Numbered from the stretch's first letter, positions 40,352-51,099 are shown. The stretch is 64,000 nucleotides of DNA from Ruminococcus intestinalis (GCA_963657675.1 CAVKMV010000003.1:1059-65058); one strand, 5' to 3'. Made by a program: numbers and translations. Notes: generated by a model not told the origin, from the sequence alone.

Positions 40352-41293
40352 TTACCTTACCTTTCTCAGACGCGGATCCAGATAGTTATACGAAATATCA
40401 ACAACGAGGTTGATAACCATATACATCAAAGCGATCCACACAACAACACCCTGTACCAGCTGGAAGTCGCGGTAGGTGATAGCCTCAATTGCCAAGCGGC
40501 CAAGGCCTGGCCATTGGAATACCATCTCGATAACAGCAGCACCACCCAAAAGGTTACCAAGGGACAGGCCCAAAAGGGTAATCAGGGGCAGCAAAGCGTT
40601 CGGCAGAACTTCCTTCCACAGGATATGGCTTTCGCTCATGCCACGGGCACGGGCGCCAACGACATAATCCTGGTGCAGCTCTTCCAGGATAGCAGCACGC
40701 ACCTGACGTGTGTACTTAGACGACATAGCGAATGCCAGCGTCGCTGCAGGCAGGATAATGGTGTCCGGGCCGATAGTACCGCCGACGATAGGCAGCAAAT
40801 CCAGCTTCAGGCCAAAAATCCACAGCAGCATCAGGCCAACCCAGAAGCCAGGCATGGAAACGCCCAGGAAGGTGAAGGCACGTACAACGTAATCGAACCA
40901 GCCGCCGCGTTTTACTGCAGAGTAAATGCCGGCAGGAATGGACACGATCATCATCAGCGTCAGGGATGCCAACGACAGCAGGATAGTACCGGGAAGGCGT
41001 TCAAAAAGCTCCTCCACTACAGGCTTTTTGGCCATGTAGGAGAAACCCAGGTTGCCTTGCAGCGCACGACCCAGCCAATCCAGATACTGGAAGAAGAAGG
41101 GTTTATCCAAGCCTAATTCCGCACGCAGTGCGTCAATTTCGGCCTGGCTGACAATAATGTCCTCGTTACCTGCTATCATCTGGCGTACGACATCACCAGG
41201 AGCAAGCATTACCAGGGCAAAGGTAATGAAGCTGATACCAAGCAGGACAAGAACGATCTGACCCAGACGGGCCAGAATCTGCTTTTTAGACAA
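40352..41293 (-). CDS. Peptide/nickel ABC permease (NikB/DppB-like)
   Basis: LGLDKP, PGFW, DYVVGARARG, WPGLGRL; TTG start. Confidence 0.92.
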   Translation of the reverse strand: MSKKQILARLGQIVLVLLGISFITFALVMLAPGDVVRQMIAGNEDIIVSQAEIDALRAELGLDKPFFFQYLDWLGRALQGNLGFSYMAKKPVVEELFERLPGTILLSLASLTLMMIVSIPAGIYSAVKRGGWFDYVVRAFTFLGVSMPGFWVGLMLLWIFGLKLDLLPIVGGTIGPDTIILPAATLAFAMSSKYTRQVRAAILEELHQDYVVGARARGMSESHILWKEVLPNALLPLITLLGLSLGNLLGGAAVIEMVFQWPGLGRLAIEAITYRDFQLVQGVVVWIALMYMVINLVVDISYNYLDPRLRKVR

Positions 41294-41309
41294 AGCGCAT
41301 CATCTCCAT

Positions 41310-41348
41310 CAAAAAAATAACCTTTCCTACATAGCTGCAGAAAAGGTA
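41310..41348 (-). terminator. Leader terminator (riboswitch expression platform)
   Basis: ACCTTTTCTGCA-gcta-TGTAGGAAAGGT followed by a T-run just upstream of the RBS. Confidence 0.7.
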
Positions 41349-41402
41349 CATAATACAACGTGCACAATTGTAGTATATATTTCTGTCGCTAGCAGGAATA
41401 TA

Positions 41403-41498
41403 TCAACCGAGGAAATCGACCTGACTTGGCCCTTAGGCCTCACAGTGGCTTGACCGCTACGGATTTGCACCGTATTCTGATTTTATTACCTCAGTAGA
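41403..41498 (-). ncRNA. Cobalamin riboswitch (compact variant)
   Basis: CGGTGCAAATCCG T-loop hairpin, GCCACTGTGA, AAGTCAGG, closing stem TCTACTGAGG/CCTCGGTTGA; promoter TTGCAA-N17-TATTAT at 41559-41587. Confidence 0.75.
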
Positions 41499-41595
41499 TT
41501 GCAGAATATAAAATATTCTTACACTGATACAAAATGACAAGGTATCAGTTATAGGTTTATAATAGCACTAGTTCTCACAATTTGCAACAAATTTG

Positions 41596-42918
41596 TTACA
41601 TTTTTGTTGCACCTATAATCTCCCGTTTTAGCTTAGGCAAATAGTATAACAGAATGACCGACTGTGCTACCATAAAGCCCAAAAGTGCCAACCACAGACC
41701 GGCGTTGCCCCACGCAGGCACCAGCTGCCATTGCAGAAGATAGAACACCGCCAGCGCCAAAAGCATCATGTTGCGCACCGGGGCGGTGCGGGTGGCACCG
41801 CAGAAAACGCCGTAAAGCACCATGCCGATGCCTGCGCACACCGGATAGAAGAAAACATAGACATTGTAAGCAGCGGCCGTTGCCACCACCTCTTCGATAT
41901 TAGTAAACAGACGGATGAAGAAATCGCTGCCGGCGTAGTAGCCACCCATCAAAATCACGGCCAGCACCACCAGCCATTTGAAGGTCATAAAGATGGAGGC
42001 TTCAAACATTTTGACGTTTTTGGCACCCACGGCGCGGCCGCTGAAGATGGCGGCGCCATTGGCCATGCCGTCAATCAGGTAGCTCATAATATCCTTGAGC
42101 TGCAAGAGCACGGCGTTGGCAGCCAGCACCACCGTGCCCAGCGAAGCACCCACGGCGGCAATGATATTGTTCACCGTCAGCAGGCAGGCTGTACGGATCA
42201 TCAGATTGATGTTAACCTTGAGCATACCGATAAATTCGCGCCAGTCCAAAAGCTCGCCCCAAGGCAGGTTGGCATAATCAAATTTACCATAATAGTACAT
42301 CAGCACCGCGCCCAGCACGCCACCGTACAGCTGGCTGAGCAGCGTTGCTACTGCTACGCCCGTAATGTCCATATGCAGCCAAAAAACAAACCACGCGCTC
42401 AGTATCATGTTAATCACGTTCATCGATACCTGCATAAACACGCTGGCATGCACGCGCGTCTGCCCCATGAGCCAGCCCAGCGCCACGTAATTGAACAGCA
42501 CCAGAGGCGCACCCCAAATCAAAATATAATAATATTCACGGCACAAATCGTTGACCTCAGGGGCAGCGCCAATCATCGCCAGGTACAGCTCAAGGATTGG
42601 CTTTTGCAGTACTATACAAAAAAGGCTGATGATGAGCGCCAGCACCGCAGGCTTAAAAAAGGCCAGCATCCCCAGCCGTTTATCCGCAGCACCAAAGGCC
42701 TGTGCAGCGTAGCCGGTTGTGCTGACACGCAAAAAACCAAATAACCAATATAAATTATTGAACAAAATCGCTCCCAGCGACACTGCAGCAATATATTTGG
42801 GGTCAGGCAGCTGTCCCATAACAGCTGTATTTACTGCTCCCATAAGCGGCTGCGTCATTGTCGACAGCATAAACGGTACCGTAAGTCCCAGGTATTCCTT
42901 GTCTGTAAGCAGGCTCAC
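41596..42918 (-). CDS. MATE (DinF-like) efflux transporter
   Basis: FGFLRVSTTG..AQA.GA; about 12 TM segments. Confidence 0.9.
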   Translation of the reverse strand: MSLLTDKEYLGLTVPFMLSTMTQPLMGAVNTAVMGQLPDPKYIAAVSLGAILFNNLYWLFGFLRVSTTGYAAQAFGAADKRLGMLAFFKPAVLALIISLFCIVLQKPILELYLAMIGAAPEVNDLCREYYYILIWGAPLVLFNYVALGWLMGQTRVHASVFMQVSMNVINMILSAWFVFWLHMDITGVAVATLLSQLYGGVLGAVLMYYYGKFDYANLPWGELLDWREFIGMLKVNINLMIRTACLLTVNNIIAAVGASLGTVVLAANAVLLQLKDIMSYLIDGMANGAAIFSGRAVGAKNVKMFEASIFMTFKWLVVLAVILMGGYYAGSDFFIRLFTNIEEVVATAAAYNVYVFFYPVCAGIGMVLYGVFCGATRTAPVRNMMLLALAVFYLLQWQLVPAWGNAGLWLALLGFMVAQSVILLYYLPKLKREIIGATKM

Positions 42919-43176
42919 GTTATCTATCCCCCTTGCTTATTCGCACTTAATTTTATTTCAAAACACTCTTGTGTGAATAGCTTATCATATGTTATAATTT
43001 ATTGCAAGTGAGAAATCATAACCACTGTTCAAAATTATTGTACACAGGTGCAAGTTTGCCGCAATAGGGATTTACTTTTTTGTTTCCGTCACACATTTCG
43101 GAAGCAAAAAATTTTATATTCCAGTAAGCACCTGCTAACATCAAAGTATGAGAAAATATATCAAAGGAGTGAGCAC

Positions 43177-44148
43177 ATGTCTGACACACTGAAAATATGC
43201 GGACTTACTATTGAGCGCGGCGCCAAGCTGCGCACCTACCTGCCTGTCCCCGACACTACTGTAAAAATTCCCCTGACCATTATCAACGGTCAGGAGGACG
43301 GCCCCACCCTGCTGATTACCGCCGGCATCCACGGCGGTGAATATCCCGGTATCGCCGCAGCAATGGAGCTGGGACGCGACATTGAGCCTGAGCACGTTTT
43401 TGGCTGCCTGATTATGATGCACCCTGTAAACATCCAGGGCTTCTGGGCACGCCGCGAAATGATCGTTCCCGAGGACGGCAAGAATCTGAACCGCGTTTTC
43501 CCCGGCGACCCGCTGGGCACGCTGGCAGATAAAACCGCCTACCTTATCAGCAGCAACTTTTTCCCCATTGCCGATTTTTATGTAGATATGCACAGCGGCG
43601 ATATCCACGAAAGCCTGCATCCTTACGTTTATTATCCCGGCCAGCCCTCTCTGGAGGTAGAAAAGAAATCCCGCTCCGTTGCCCGCGTGCTGGACATGGA
43701 ATACATGGTGCGCTCGCTGGCTAAGGGTGGTGCATATAACTATGCCGCCAGCACCGACCTGCCGTCCATCCTCATCGAACGCGGCGGCGCAGGACTGTGC
43801 CTGCACGAGGATATTGAAGCCTACAAGGACGATATCCGCAACATCCTGCGCAAGCTGAAGATGTTCTCCCTGCCCGTAAAGCCCCGTCACCATTCCCCGC
43901 GTGATGTAGAAAACCTCATCTACCTGGAGGCATTGGAAACAGGCTGCTGGCTGCACCACATCCACAGCGGTGACTTTGTTGAGGAAGGCCAGATTCTGGG
44001 ACGCATCACCGACGTCTTCGGCAACACCCTCACCACCTACTACGCAGAGCAGACCGGCGTTATCCTGTACGTCTGCCCGGCGCTCGCCTCGCCCAAGGGT
44101 ACGATTTTAGTAGCCTATGGCACCATCAAGGAAGAGGACGACGATTAA
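43177..44148 (+). CDS. Succinylglutamate desuccinylase/aspartoacylase (M14) family hydrolase
   Basis: GIHGGE, NLNRVFPG, DMHSG; start ATG 43177 after AAGGAG. Confidence 0.88.
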   Translation: MSDTLKICGLTIERGAKLRTYLPVPDTTVKIPLTIINGQEDGPTLLITAGIHGGEYPGIAAAMELGRDIEPEHVFGCLIMMHPVNIQGFWARREMIVPEDGKNLNRVFPGDPLGTLADKTAYLISSNFFPIADFYVDMHSGDIHESLHPYVYYPGQPSLEVEKKSRSVARVLDMEYMVRSLAKGGAYNYAASTDLPSILIERGGAGLCLHEDIEAYKDDIRNILRKLKMFSLPVKPRHHSPRDVENLIYLEALETGCWLHHIHSGDFVEEGQILGRITDVFGNTLTTYYAEQTGVILYVCPALASPKGTILVAYGTIKEEDDD

Positions 44149-44204
44149 TTTATAAAGAAAAGCTGATGACAGGCAAGTCCATTGCCCGGTCATCAGCTTC
44201 TTTT

Positions 44205-44405
44205 TTATTCTACATGCACCACGTTGGCTGCCTGCTCACCACGGTCGCCGGTAATAATATCAAATTCTACCGTCCAGCCTTCCTCCAAGGTCCTAAAGCC
44301 TTCGCTTTTGATGGCGGAAAAATGTACGAATAAATCCTTGTCGCCTTCCCTTTGGATAAAGCCATAGCCCTTTTCTGCGTTAAACCATTTTACTTTGCCT
44401 GTCAT
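44205..44405 (-). CDS. Cold-shock protein
   Basis: [21 protein letters not shown]. Confidence 0.95.
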   Translation of the reverse strand: MTGKVKWFNAEKGYGFIQREGDKDLFVHFSAIKSEGFRTLEEGWTVEFDIITGDRGEQAANVVHVE

Positions 44406-44480
44406 TTATAGGCCTCCCTAATAGCTATTTGGGCAACACGCCCTTCTAGCCATTATAACCCACTTGGCAGGTAAAAGCAA

Positions 44481-44768
44481 TTATTTTTCTGAATCTTTAT
44501 AATTTTGCTCTGTATCCTGCCCCTGCCAGGCAGCAGCAAGCAGCAGCTTTTTGGCACGTGGCATAGCCTTAATGGCACATTCACGCCGCAGCGCGCTTTC
44601 CCTATCCGGCAGCTCCTCGGTGTACACAAGCTCTAGCGGCGCGCGCCCACGGGTATATTTGGCGCCACGTCCGCTGCGGTGCATCGCCAGACGGTGCGCC
44701 AAATCATTGGTCCAGCCTGTATATAAGCTGCCATCCTTGCAGCGCAGCATATATACAAACGCCGCCAT
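44481..44768 (-). CDS. GIY-YIG nuclease (UPF0213/YazA-like)
   Basis: VYML.C.DGSLYTGWT, GRGAKYTR, RRE..IK. Confidence 0.9.
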   Translation of the reverse strand: MAAFVYMLRCKDGSLYTGWTNDLAHRLAMHRSGRGAKYTRGRAPLELVYTEELPDRESALRRECAIKAMPRAKKLLLAAAWQGQDTEQNYKDSEK

Positions 44769-44769
44769 T

Positions 44770-45240
44770 TTATTTTACAACCTCCACCTTTTCCATGGTG
44801 ATGGTCTCGCGCGGACGGTCACGGAAGTCAGTCGGGGCAGCGCCAATCAGACGGACAACGTCCATACCCTCGACAACCTTGCCAAAAATAGCATGGTGGC
44901 CATTGAGCCAGGGAGTAGGTGCCAAGGTGATGAAGAACTGGCTGCCGCCGGTGTTAGGGCCGGCGTTGGCCATAGACAAAATACCCTCGTCGTCATGCTT
45001 CAGGCCAGGACCGAATTCATCCTTAATCTTGTAGCCGGGGCCACCCATGCCGCTGCCTGTAGGATCGCCGCCCTGAATCATAAAGCCATCGATAACGCGG
45101 TGAAAAATGATGCCGTCATAAAAGCTTTTTTCTACCAGGTCAATAAAGTTTTTCGTCGTCAGCGGTGCCTTGTCCTCAAACATTTCGGCAACAAAAACGC
45201 CCTTGTTGGTCGTAAATTTAATTTTTCTGTTTTCACTCAT
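44770..45240 (-). CDS. Cyclophilin-type peptidyl-prolyl isomerase
   Basis: [27 protein letters not shown]. Confidence 0.95.
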   Translation of the reverse strand: MSENRKIKFTTNKGVFVAEMFEDKAPLTTKNFIDLVEKSFYDGIIFHRVIDGFMIQGGDPTGSGMGGPGYKIKDEFGPGLKHDDEGILSMANAGPNTGGSQFFITLAPTPWLNGHHAIFGKVVEGMDVVRLIGAAPTDFRDRPRETITMEKVEVVK

Positions 45241-45265
45241 TGTTTTTACCTCCAAATTTATGTAC

Positions 45266-46147
45266 TCAAACTACCTCATGCTTCATTAAGGCCACAAACA
45301 GATACAGGCCGCAGCCTGCCGCAGCAGCCACCGCCGGCAGCAGCGAAGGCACCACTGCGTCACCATGCATAAAGGTGAGCGTAAAGAGCATCATGCAAAA
45401 ATAACCCTGCATGGTCTGCAGGCGCTTGGGCAGCAGGCGCTTACCATTTTTGTCACCCTTGGCCTTAACGTAATCTGCCACACGGATTTCGGGCAAAAAG
45501 AGGATAAAGGCGACAGCCATAATGATAATATTGCTCATAGACAAATTATTGGTAATGGTGCCATACTGCGCAAAAAGCAGGCAGGCCAGCGAAACACCTG
45601 CCAGGTACAGGCTGCGGAAGTAGCCTGCCTGGATTTGGCTTTCCAAAATATAGGCCGCGCCGGTCAAAAGCGGGAACACCCAATATCCCTGCAGGCCCAG
45701 CCAGGCGGCAGCGCCAATCATAATCACGTTATCAAGCAGGCGGTGCCTGTCACCCGAGCTTCGGTTGAGCATGCGCAGGATAAAGAGCAGCCACAGCATC
45801 ACCAAAATATTGCCTTCACCCAAAAAGAAATAGGCTACAAGCGTAAGGCCTCCACCGATAAAGCCGCCTAAGCCGCGGTCCGGATCCAGCTCCAGGGCTA
45901 TCAGATAGCTGAACAAAAAGCCTAAGGCGTAGCCCAGGGCGCTCACCACAGCGTCACCCGATTCCATGCCTGTAGAGCATTTCCACAGCGTTATTGCCAC
46001 AGTGATAAAAATAGCGCACATCATGGCTATTTTTACAGGTCCCTTGTCAAAGTCTATCGGTCTGCCCAAGCCCAGGTATTCGCTCATGCCCGTGGGGTCG
46101 TAGGCAGCAGGCTGGTCGCCCGCGTATTTATTACTTTTTTTTGACAT
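45266..46147 (-). CDS. Hypothetical multi-pass membrane protein
   Basis: About 9 hydrophobic segments, ELDPD motif, RBS AAGGTG. Confidence 0.75.
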   Translation of the reverse strand: MSKKSNKYAGDQPAAYDPTGMSEYLGLGRPIDFDKGPVKIAMMCAIFITVAITLWKCSTGMESGDAVVSALGYALGFLFSYLIALELDPDRGLGGFIGGGLTLVAYFFLGEGNILVMLWLLFILRMLNRSSGDRHRLLDNVIMIGAAAWLGLQGYWVFPLLTGAAYILESQIQAGYFRSLYLAGVSLACLLFAQYGTITNNLSMSNIIIMAVAFILFLPEIRVADYVKAKGDKNGKRLLPKRLQTMQGYFCMMLFTLTFMHGDAVVPSLLPAVAAAAGCGLYLFVALMKHEVV

Positions 46148-46256
46148 ATTATCACACCTTGTCTGAAAGATTTTAGCTTATATATTATAACACAACTGCA
46201 GGCCTGCGTCATTAGCAAAAGCCCGGGACTGCCAAAGCCCCAGGCTTTCAGTTATC

Positions 46257-47492
46257 TTAATCCTGCTGCCAGGTGTCTGCCAGCTCGGCCAGGGTCAGGG
46301 CAAAGGCCGTAGTACGTGGTACGGCAGTGTTCAAATCTACAGATTCGTGATCCGAATGCTCGTCGTAGTTTTCTACACCCAGGGCGTCCAGCGTCGGTAC
46401 GAATTTGGCCGTGCGGTTGCCATCCGTCAGGCCGCCTGCCACCCATTCGTTCACCTCGCCGCCAAATTCTTCTTTGACGATGCGCTTATAAACATCCACC
46501 ATTTTTTGTGCCTGCGCCGTCTTTTGCATAGGTCCTGTAACGATGCCGCCGGTAATTTTAATGCTGGTGCCTGCAATAACCACCTTGTCGGCCAAGGCCT
46601 TGATGGCGGCATCCAGACGCTGCTGCTCCTCTACAGTAAAGCAGCGCACGTTCACCTCGCAGTAGGCATCACCGGGGATAACGCTGATTTTGTCATTAGT
46701 GGAGCCAATCGCGCCCACGTTTACCGTGTTTTGCGGGATAAACTGGCCTGCGTCCACAATACCGCGCGCCTTGAGCGCCTCGGCCGTAAAATCCGCAGGG
46801 TCGCCGGGCATAGGGCTTGCCAGCTTATGCAGCTCGGTAATGGTGTAGGCCAGCTGGTGAATGGCGTTGGCGCAGCTTTGCGAAGCGTTACCGTGATGGC
46901 CGCCCTTGCCTGTTACCTCCACGCGGTATTTGGCGTTGCCCTTGCGCTGGGTGACGATGCCCCAGTCAGGACGCGCCACGTCCATAATAATGGCAAAGTC
47001 TGCCTGCTGCGACAGCTCTGCCACAATGCCCTCGGCCGTCTTGCTGCCACCCTCCTCCTCGCCGTTGGTGTAATAAATTATTTCCTTATAATTATCAAAG
47101 CCTGCTTCCTTAAGCGCGGCCAGGCCATAGATAACCTCCACCACCGTAGCCTTGTCATCGCCTACGCCAGGGCCCCAGGCAAAGCCCCTTTCATCCACAC
47201 GGAAGGGGCGGCGCGCTGCCTCGCCCTTGTTGAAGACAGTATCAACGTGCGCTACCAGCAAAATGGTGTATTTGCCCTTGCCATGCAGGCGCGAAATCAA
47301 ATGGCAGGCCCTGTCGTTATATCTAAATTCCGTGCTGGCACCGATAGCAGCCATTTTGCCTGCGACAAATTTATTGGCAGCCTCCGTGCCCTCGCGGTCA
47401 CCGTTGCCAGAATCGATATTGGTCAGGGTCTCCAAATCCTTTACATAAGCCTTGTAATGCTCTGCAATATACTTTTTTACAAATTCCCTCAT
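46257..47492 (-). CDS. M20A peptidase (carboxypeptidase G2-like)
   Basis: AHVDTV, GPGVGDDK, GEEEGG, GGLTDGN, HSDHE. Confidence 0.88.
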   Translation of the reverse strand: MREFVKKYIAEHYKAYVKDLETLTNIDSGNGDREGTEAANKFVAGKMAAIGASTEFRYNDRACHLISRLHGKGKYTILLVAHVDTVFNKGEAARRPFRVDERGFAWGPGVGDDKATVVEVIYGLAALKEAGFDNYKEIIYYTNGEEEGGSKTAEGIVAELSQQADFAIIMDVARPDWGIVTQRKGNAKYRVEVTGKGGHHGNASQSCANAIHQLAYTITELHKLASPMPGDPADFTAEALKARGIVDAGQFIPQNTVNVGAIGSTNDKISVIPGDAYCEVNVRCFTVEEQQRLDAAIKALADKVVIAGTSIKITGGIVTGPMQKTAQAQKMVDVYKRIVKEEFGGEVNEWVAGGLTDGNRTAKFVPTLDALGVENYDEHSDHESVDLNTAVPRTTAFALTLAELADTWQQD

Positions 47493-47674
47493 TCTCGCTT
47501 CTCCTTTCGCCTTTACAGTTGTATACGCTTATTTATTCGTTAGCCTGGGCTGATTTTCCTGCTTTAAGGCTTGGGATATAAAGAGAAAAAGACTGCCGAC
47601 CCCTCCATTCCTGCCACGCTATGGCAGCAGAAACGAAAGGCACGACAGTCCCTTGCGATGATAAATTTTAAGCC

Positions 47675-48028
47675 TTAGTGCGTCCCATCCACAATCGTGA
47701 TGCCTGCCTCCTGCAGCTCATCAATGATTTTCTTAATTGTGGGACACAAATACTTTTCGCCGTCAGGCTTTTTCTTATGGGTGCAGTGGCTGATATGCAA
47801 AGCATCCAGTTCCAGAGCCTTCATACGCTCAATCTTCTTGCGTATGCCCTCCTGGTTTTCCAGCTTGGACGCACCGCAGCCGTTGCAGGTCCACATAGCC
47901 ATCAGCCGCAGCTCTTCATCGCCATATTGGGCAAAGGCCTTATCATGCTCATACAAAGCACGCAGGCAGCCGGCCCCGGCACAGCTTGCAGACGTAATCA
48001 GACAGCGCAGAATTGCTATTTTCTTCAT
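47675..48028 (-). CDS. CGGC-domain protein
   Basis: IAILRC...C.G.GC, TCNGC, HISHC, CP, C-terminal GTH; start after GGAGG. Confidence 0.8.
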   Translation of the reverse strand: MKKIAILRCLITSASCAGAGCLRALYEHDKAFAQYGDEELRLMAMWTCNGCGASKLENQEGIRKKIERMKALELDALHISHCTHKKKPDGEKYLCPTIKKIIDELQEAGITIVDGTH

Positions 48029-48076
48029 ATGCTCTTCCTCCAATACTACATATGCTGCTTTTATTCTATCATCATC

Positions 48077-48095
48077 AGTAATGATTTTCAATAGC
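48077..48095 (-). promoter_or_regulatory. Fur-box-like site upstream of the CGGC gene
   Basis: GCTATTGAAAATCATTACT, 14/19 match to GATAATGATAATCATTATC. Confidence 0.5.
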
Positions 48096-48137
48096 TAGCC
48101 GCTCGCAGGAAAAACAGCACTCACATCTGCTATTTTC

Positions 48138-49091
48138 TTACGCTTCCAAGTGTTCTCTTATATATTTTAAGGTCGTAAGCAGCTCCGCTCCCGGCGCTAC
48201 TATGGCGTTATAGGGCAGTGCGTAGACCCTTCCCTCCCTTACGGCAGGCAGGTGCTTATATAACGGGTCCTGCAGCTTGGCGAGTGCTGCCTGCCCTGCT
48301 GCAGCGCCGCCATGATAGATGACGAAGATTTTATCTGCCTGCATACCCATCAGCTCCTCCTGGCTGATAAAGGGAGCACTGTAGCTGACAAGGCTTGAGC
48401 CGTAATGCCGCACTATATCGCCGCACAGCAGGTCATCGCCGAAAACCTCGATATTACCGCCCAAAAATTCCACAAACAAAACCCTCTGCGCCTTTATGGG
48501 CTTTGCCACCTGCAGCTCGCTGTCTATCTGCTGCAGAAGCTGCTCTGCCTGCCTTTGCCTGTGCATAATTTTTCCCAGGTTACTGATAAAACGCTTTTCA
48601 CTGGCGATAGTGCAGGCAGGAAACCGTCCCTTCGCCGGAACAGGACCGGAGGCGTCCTGAATATAGGCCGGTACGCCCTTGGCGATCCACACTTTGGTAT
48701 CACCTAACTGATTATCAGCAAAAAAGCGGCGCCAGCCTAAAATGAAATCGGGCTGCAGCAGCGTTGCTGCCTCCAGCTGCAGCGGCTGCGTGTAGACCTT
48801 GGCGTGTGGCAGCTGCTTTTGCAGGGCATCGGCCTCCTCTGCTTCGGTCAAAACCGCGGCGACGATTTTATCCCCCACCCCCAAGGCCAGCAGGGTTTTG
48901 ACGCCGCTATTGCCGCACACCAAAACGCGCTGCGGCTCCTGCTTAACCTGCACCTGCTGCGCTTCGCCCACAAAGCTGTAATTGCTGACGGTCACGCTCC
49001 CGCCTGCCCCGCCGGCAGGTTCTTGCGGGCCGCAGGCAGCACACAGCAGGCAGGCAAGCACTATGCCTAAACAGGTTAATTTCCTATACAT
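48138..49091 (-). CDS. Fe-siderophore/B12-type ABC substrate-binding lipoprotein
   Basis: Lipobox, PQRVLV, LLALGVGDKIV, PAVREGRVY. Confidence 0.85.
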   Translation of the reverse strand: MYRKLTCLGIVLACLLCAACGPQEPAGGAGGSVTVSNYSFVGEAQQVQVKQEPQRVLVCGNSGVKTLLALGVGDKIVAAVLTEAEEADALQKQLPHAKVYTQPLQLEAATLLQPDFILGWRRFFADNQLGDTKVWIAKGVPAYIQDASGPVPAKGRFPACTIASEKRFISNLGKIMHRQRQAEQLLQQIDSELQVAKPIKAQRVLFVEFLGGNIEVFGDDLLCGDIVRHYGSSLVSYSAPFISQEELMGMQADKIFVIYHGGAAAGQAALAKLQDPLYKHLPAVREGRVYALPYNAIVAPGAELLTTLKYIREHLEA

Positions 49092-49095
49092 GCTT

Positions 49096-51045
49096 TTAGA
49101 AGCTGTAGGTCATGCCTACCAGGAAGGTACGTCCCTGCGTATAATACAAGCTGTCCGGATCAGTCAAATCGCGGCGGTTGAAGATATTGTTGATGTCCAG
49201 AGTCAGTTCCGCATTCGGCAGCACCTCGTGACCCACATGCAGGTTAGACAGCAGCAGCGGCTTTACGTCCGCCTGCTTGCTGTTGTTCACGCGGCCGCCC
49301 ATGTAGCTCAAATTTAGCGAAGCGCTAGTTTTATCATGTGCATAGTCTACCGAGGTCATCACCTGATATCTGCCAAGCACATCCTTCCAGGGAGCATTGT
49401 CAGTAGTCTTGTTCTGCGGCTTGCTGTAAATGCCGCCAACTGTCCAGGTAAGGCTGTCGCCAAGCTTTTTGCTGTAGCTTAATTCCACGCCTGTGTTTCT
49501 GTATTTGGCAGCATTATAGGACTGCGTCATGGTGCCGCCAGGAACAGTCACCCTACGCGTTGTAATCTGGTCATCCAAGTCAATATGGAACACAGCTGCC
49601 TTAAACTGCTCATTGCCATTGTCGTGCTTGTAGCCTGCTTCATAGCTCCAGCCATATTCAGGCTTCAAATCAGGATTCTGCAGCAGGATGCCGCTGGAAT
49701 AATACAGCTGGCGGAAGGTAGGCATTCTGAAGGAGCGGCCTGCGTTGACATAGAGGGAGTTTTCGCCATCTAGCTTCGTCAAAACCTGCAGCTGCGGCAA
49801 AAAGGCATCATAATTGCCTGTATCCGAACGGATTAAATCCTCACGCACGCTCAAAACGACATTGGTCGCCTCGCTCAGCTTGCGGTCATATTGGCCATAC
49901 AGGGAATAGCCGTTGAGCGCATAGCTGCCAAAACGGGCATAAGGCTTGAGTTTACTCGTACTGTCGCCAAAGGAAGCGAATTTCTGGTTTTCGTCCACAT
50001 ACAGCTCACGCTTGGTGTTGAAGCCTACCAGGATTTTTTCGTCAGCATTGTTCCACACCTTTTTCAAATCAGCGCCGTAATTTTTATGCTTGCTGCGCTC
50101 CCATTCCAGGTTGGAGGGATTTACAATATAATAATCCGGATTGCGGATAATGCGTTCATTATAGTAGGCAGTAGCATCAAAGCCCTTTTGATCAGCAAAA
50201 TGCAGTTGGGCAAAATGCTCACGGTCATCATAATCAAAGTGCTGCAGTTTTTCGCTGGCTGCCGACAGGTAGTCAATAGTATACTTTTTCTTGTTAAACA
50301 TATAGTTGAACTGCAGCTTGTCATCAAACTTATAGCTTACGCCAATATGATCCTTCCTGCTGTCGCCAAAGCCTGTATAATAAGGAACCACTTCACCATT
50401 AATCTTCTTTGTACCCTGATTTTGCGACAGGATACCGGTTTCGCCCATTTCATTGCGGCCAAGGGACAGGCCAAGCTTGCCTGCGCCAATGGTAGCACTG
50501 TAATCGCGCTGACCCTTGTTGCCTGCGGCAACGTGCACGCTATTTTTGTATTCAGCTTTAGTAATGACGTTAATCACACCGCCATAGGCCTCACTGCCAT
50601 AAAGCACGGCACCGCCGCCCTTAACGACCTCCACCTTTTCTACCTCGGCCAGGTTTATCATATCAAGATGGCTTACATTGTTAAAGCTGGCAGGCACGCC
50701 GTTAATCAACACCAACGTACCGCCCTTGATGCCACGCAGGCTGAGCGTACTGTTGCCGGTTATAAAGCTTTGGTCATGCGGGCCCATCTGCGTAAAATAA
50801 ACACCGGCCTTATATTTCAAAGCGTTAGCAACATCACTGGCACCGGTCTTCTGCAATTCTTCCCCGGTGTAGACAGTAACGTCCGCCGGAGTTTCCAGGT
50901 TAGATTTTTCATAGCCCAGGGCAGTAACGTTCATCCCCGGCAGGCTGTATTCTGCCAGCGGCTCCTGTGCCGCACAGACGGCACCGGCAGCGCCTACTAA
51001 CCCCATAGCAACGACAACCTTAAGCAATGCCTTATTTTTTAACAT
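49096..51045 (-). CDS. TonB-dependent outer-membrane receptor
   Basis: Signal peptide, plug motifs (LVLINGVP, VEVVKGGGAVLYG), NPDLKPE, C-terminal F. Confidence 0.92.
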   Translation of the reverse strand: MLKNKALLKVVVAMGLVGAAGAVCAAQEPLAEYSLPGMNVTALGYEKSNLETPADVTVYTGEELQKTGASDVANALKYKAGVYFTQMGPHDQSFITGNSTLSLRGIKGGTLVLINGVPASFNNVSHLDMINLAEVEKVEVVKGGGAVLYGSEAYGGVINVITKAEYKNSVHVAAGNKGQRDYSATIGAGKLGLSLGRNEMGETGILSQNQGTKKINGEVVPYYTGFGDSRKDHIGVSYKFDDKLQFNYMFNKKKYTIDYLSAASEKLQHFDYDDREHFAQLHFADQKGFDATAYYNERIIRNPDYYIVNPSNLEWERSKHKNYGADLKKVWNNADEKILVGFNTKRELYVDENQKFASFGDSTSKLKPYARFGSYALNGYSLYGQYDRKLSEATNVVLSVREDLIRSDTGNYDAFLPQLQVLTKLDGENSLYVNAGRSFRMPTFRQLYYSSGILLQNPDLKPEYGWSYEAGYKHDNGNEQFKAAVFHIDLDDQITTRRVTVPGGTMTQSYNAAKYRNTGVELSYSKKLGDSLTWTVGGIYSKPQNKTTDNAPWKDVLGRYQVMTSVDYAHDKTSASLNLSYMGGRVNNSKQADVKPLLLSNLHVGHEVLPNAELTLDINNIFNRRDLTDPDSLYYTQGRTFLVGMTYSF

Positions 51046-51080
51046 CCTTCATTCGCTCCTTATCACAACAATACTCACAC

Positions 51081-51099
51081 ATTAATGAAAACTATTACG
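51081..51099. promoter_or_regulatory. Fur-box-like site upstream of the TonB receptor
   Basis: ATTAATGAAAACTATTACG, 12/19 match to consensus. Confidence 0.4.

Noticed and set aside
44481..44768. GIY-YIG protein as a homing endonuclease or mobile element
   Set aside because: Short stand-alone UPF0213-type gene in an operon with cyclophilin; no intron or element features
47591..47650. Long imperfect hairpins here, at about 8686-8732 and at about 58650-58732 as one repeat family
   Set aside because: No shared sequence; each lies just downstream of a gene and is probably a terminator or stabiliser
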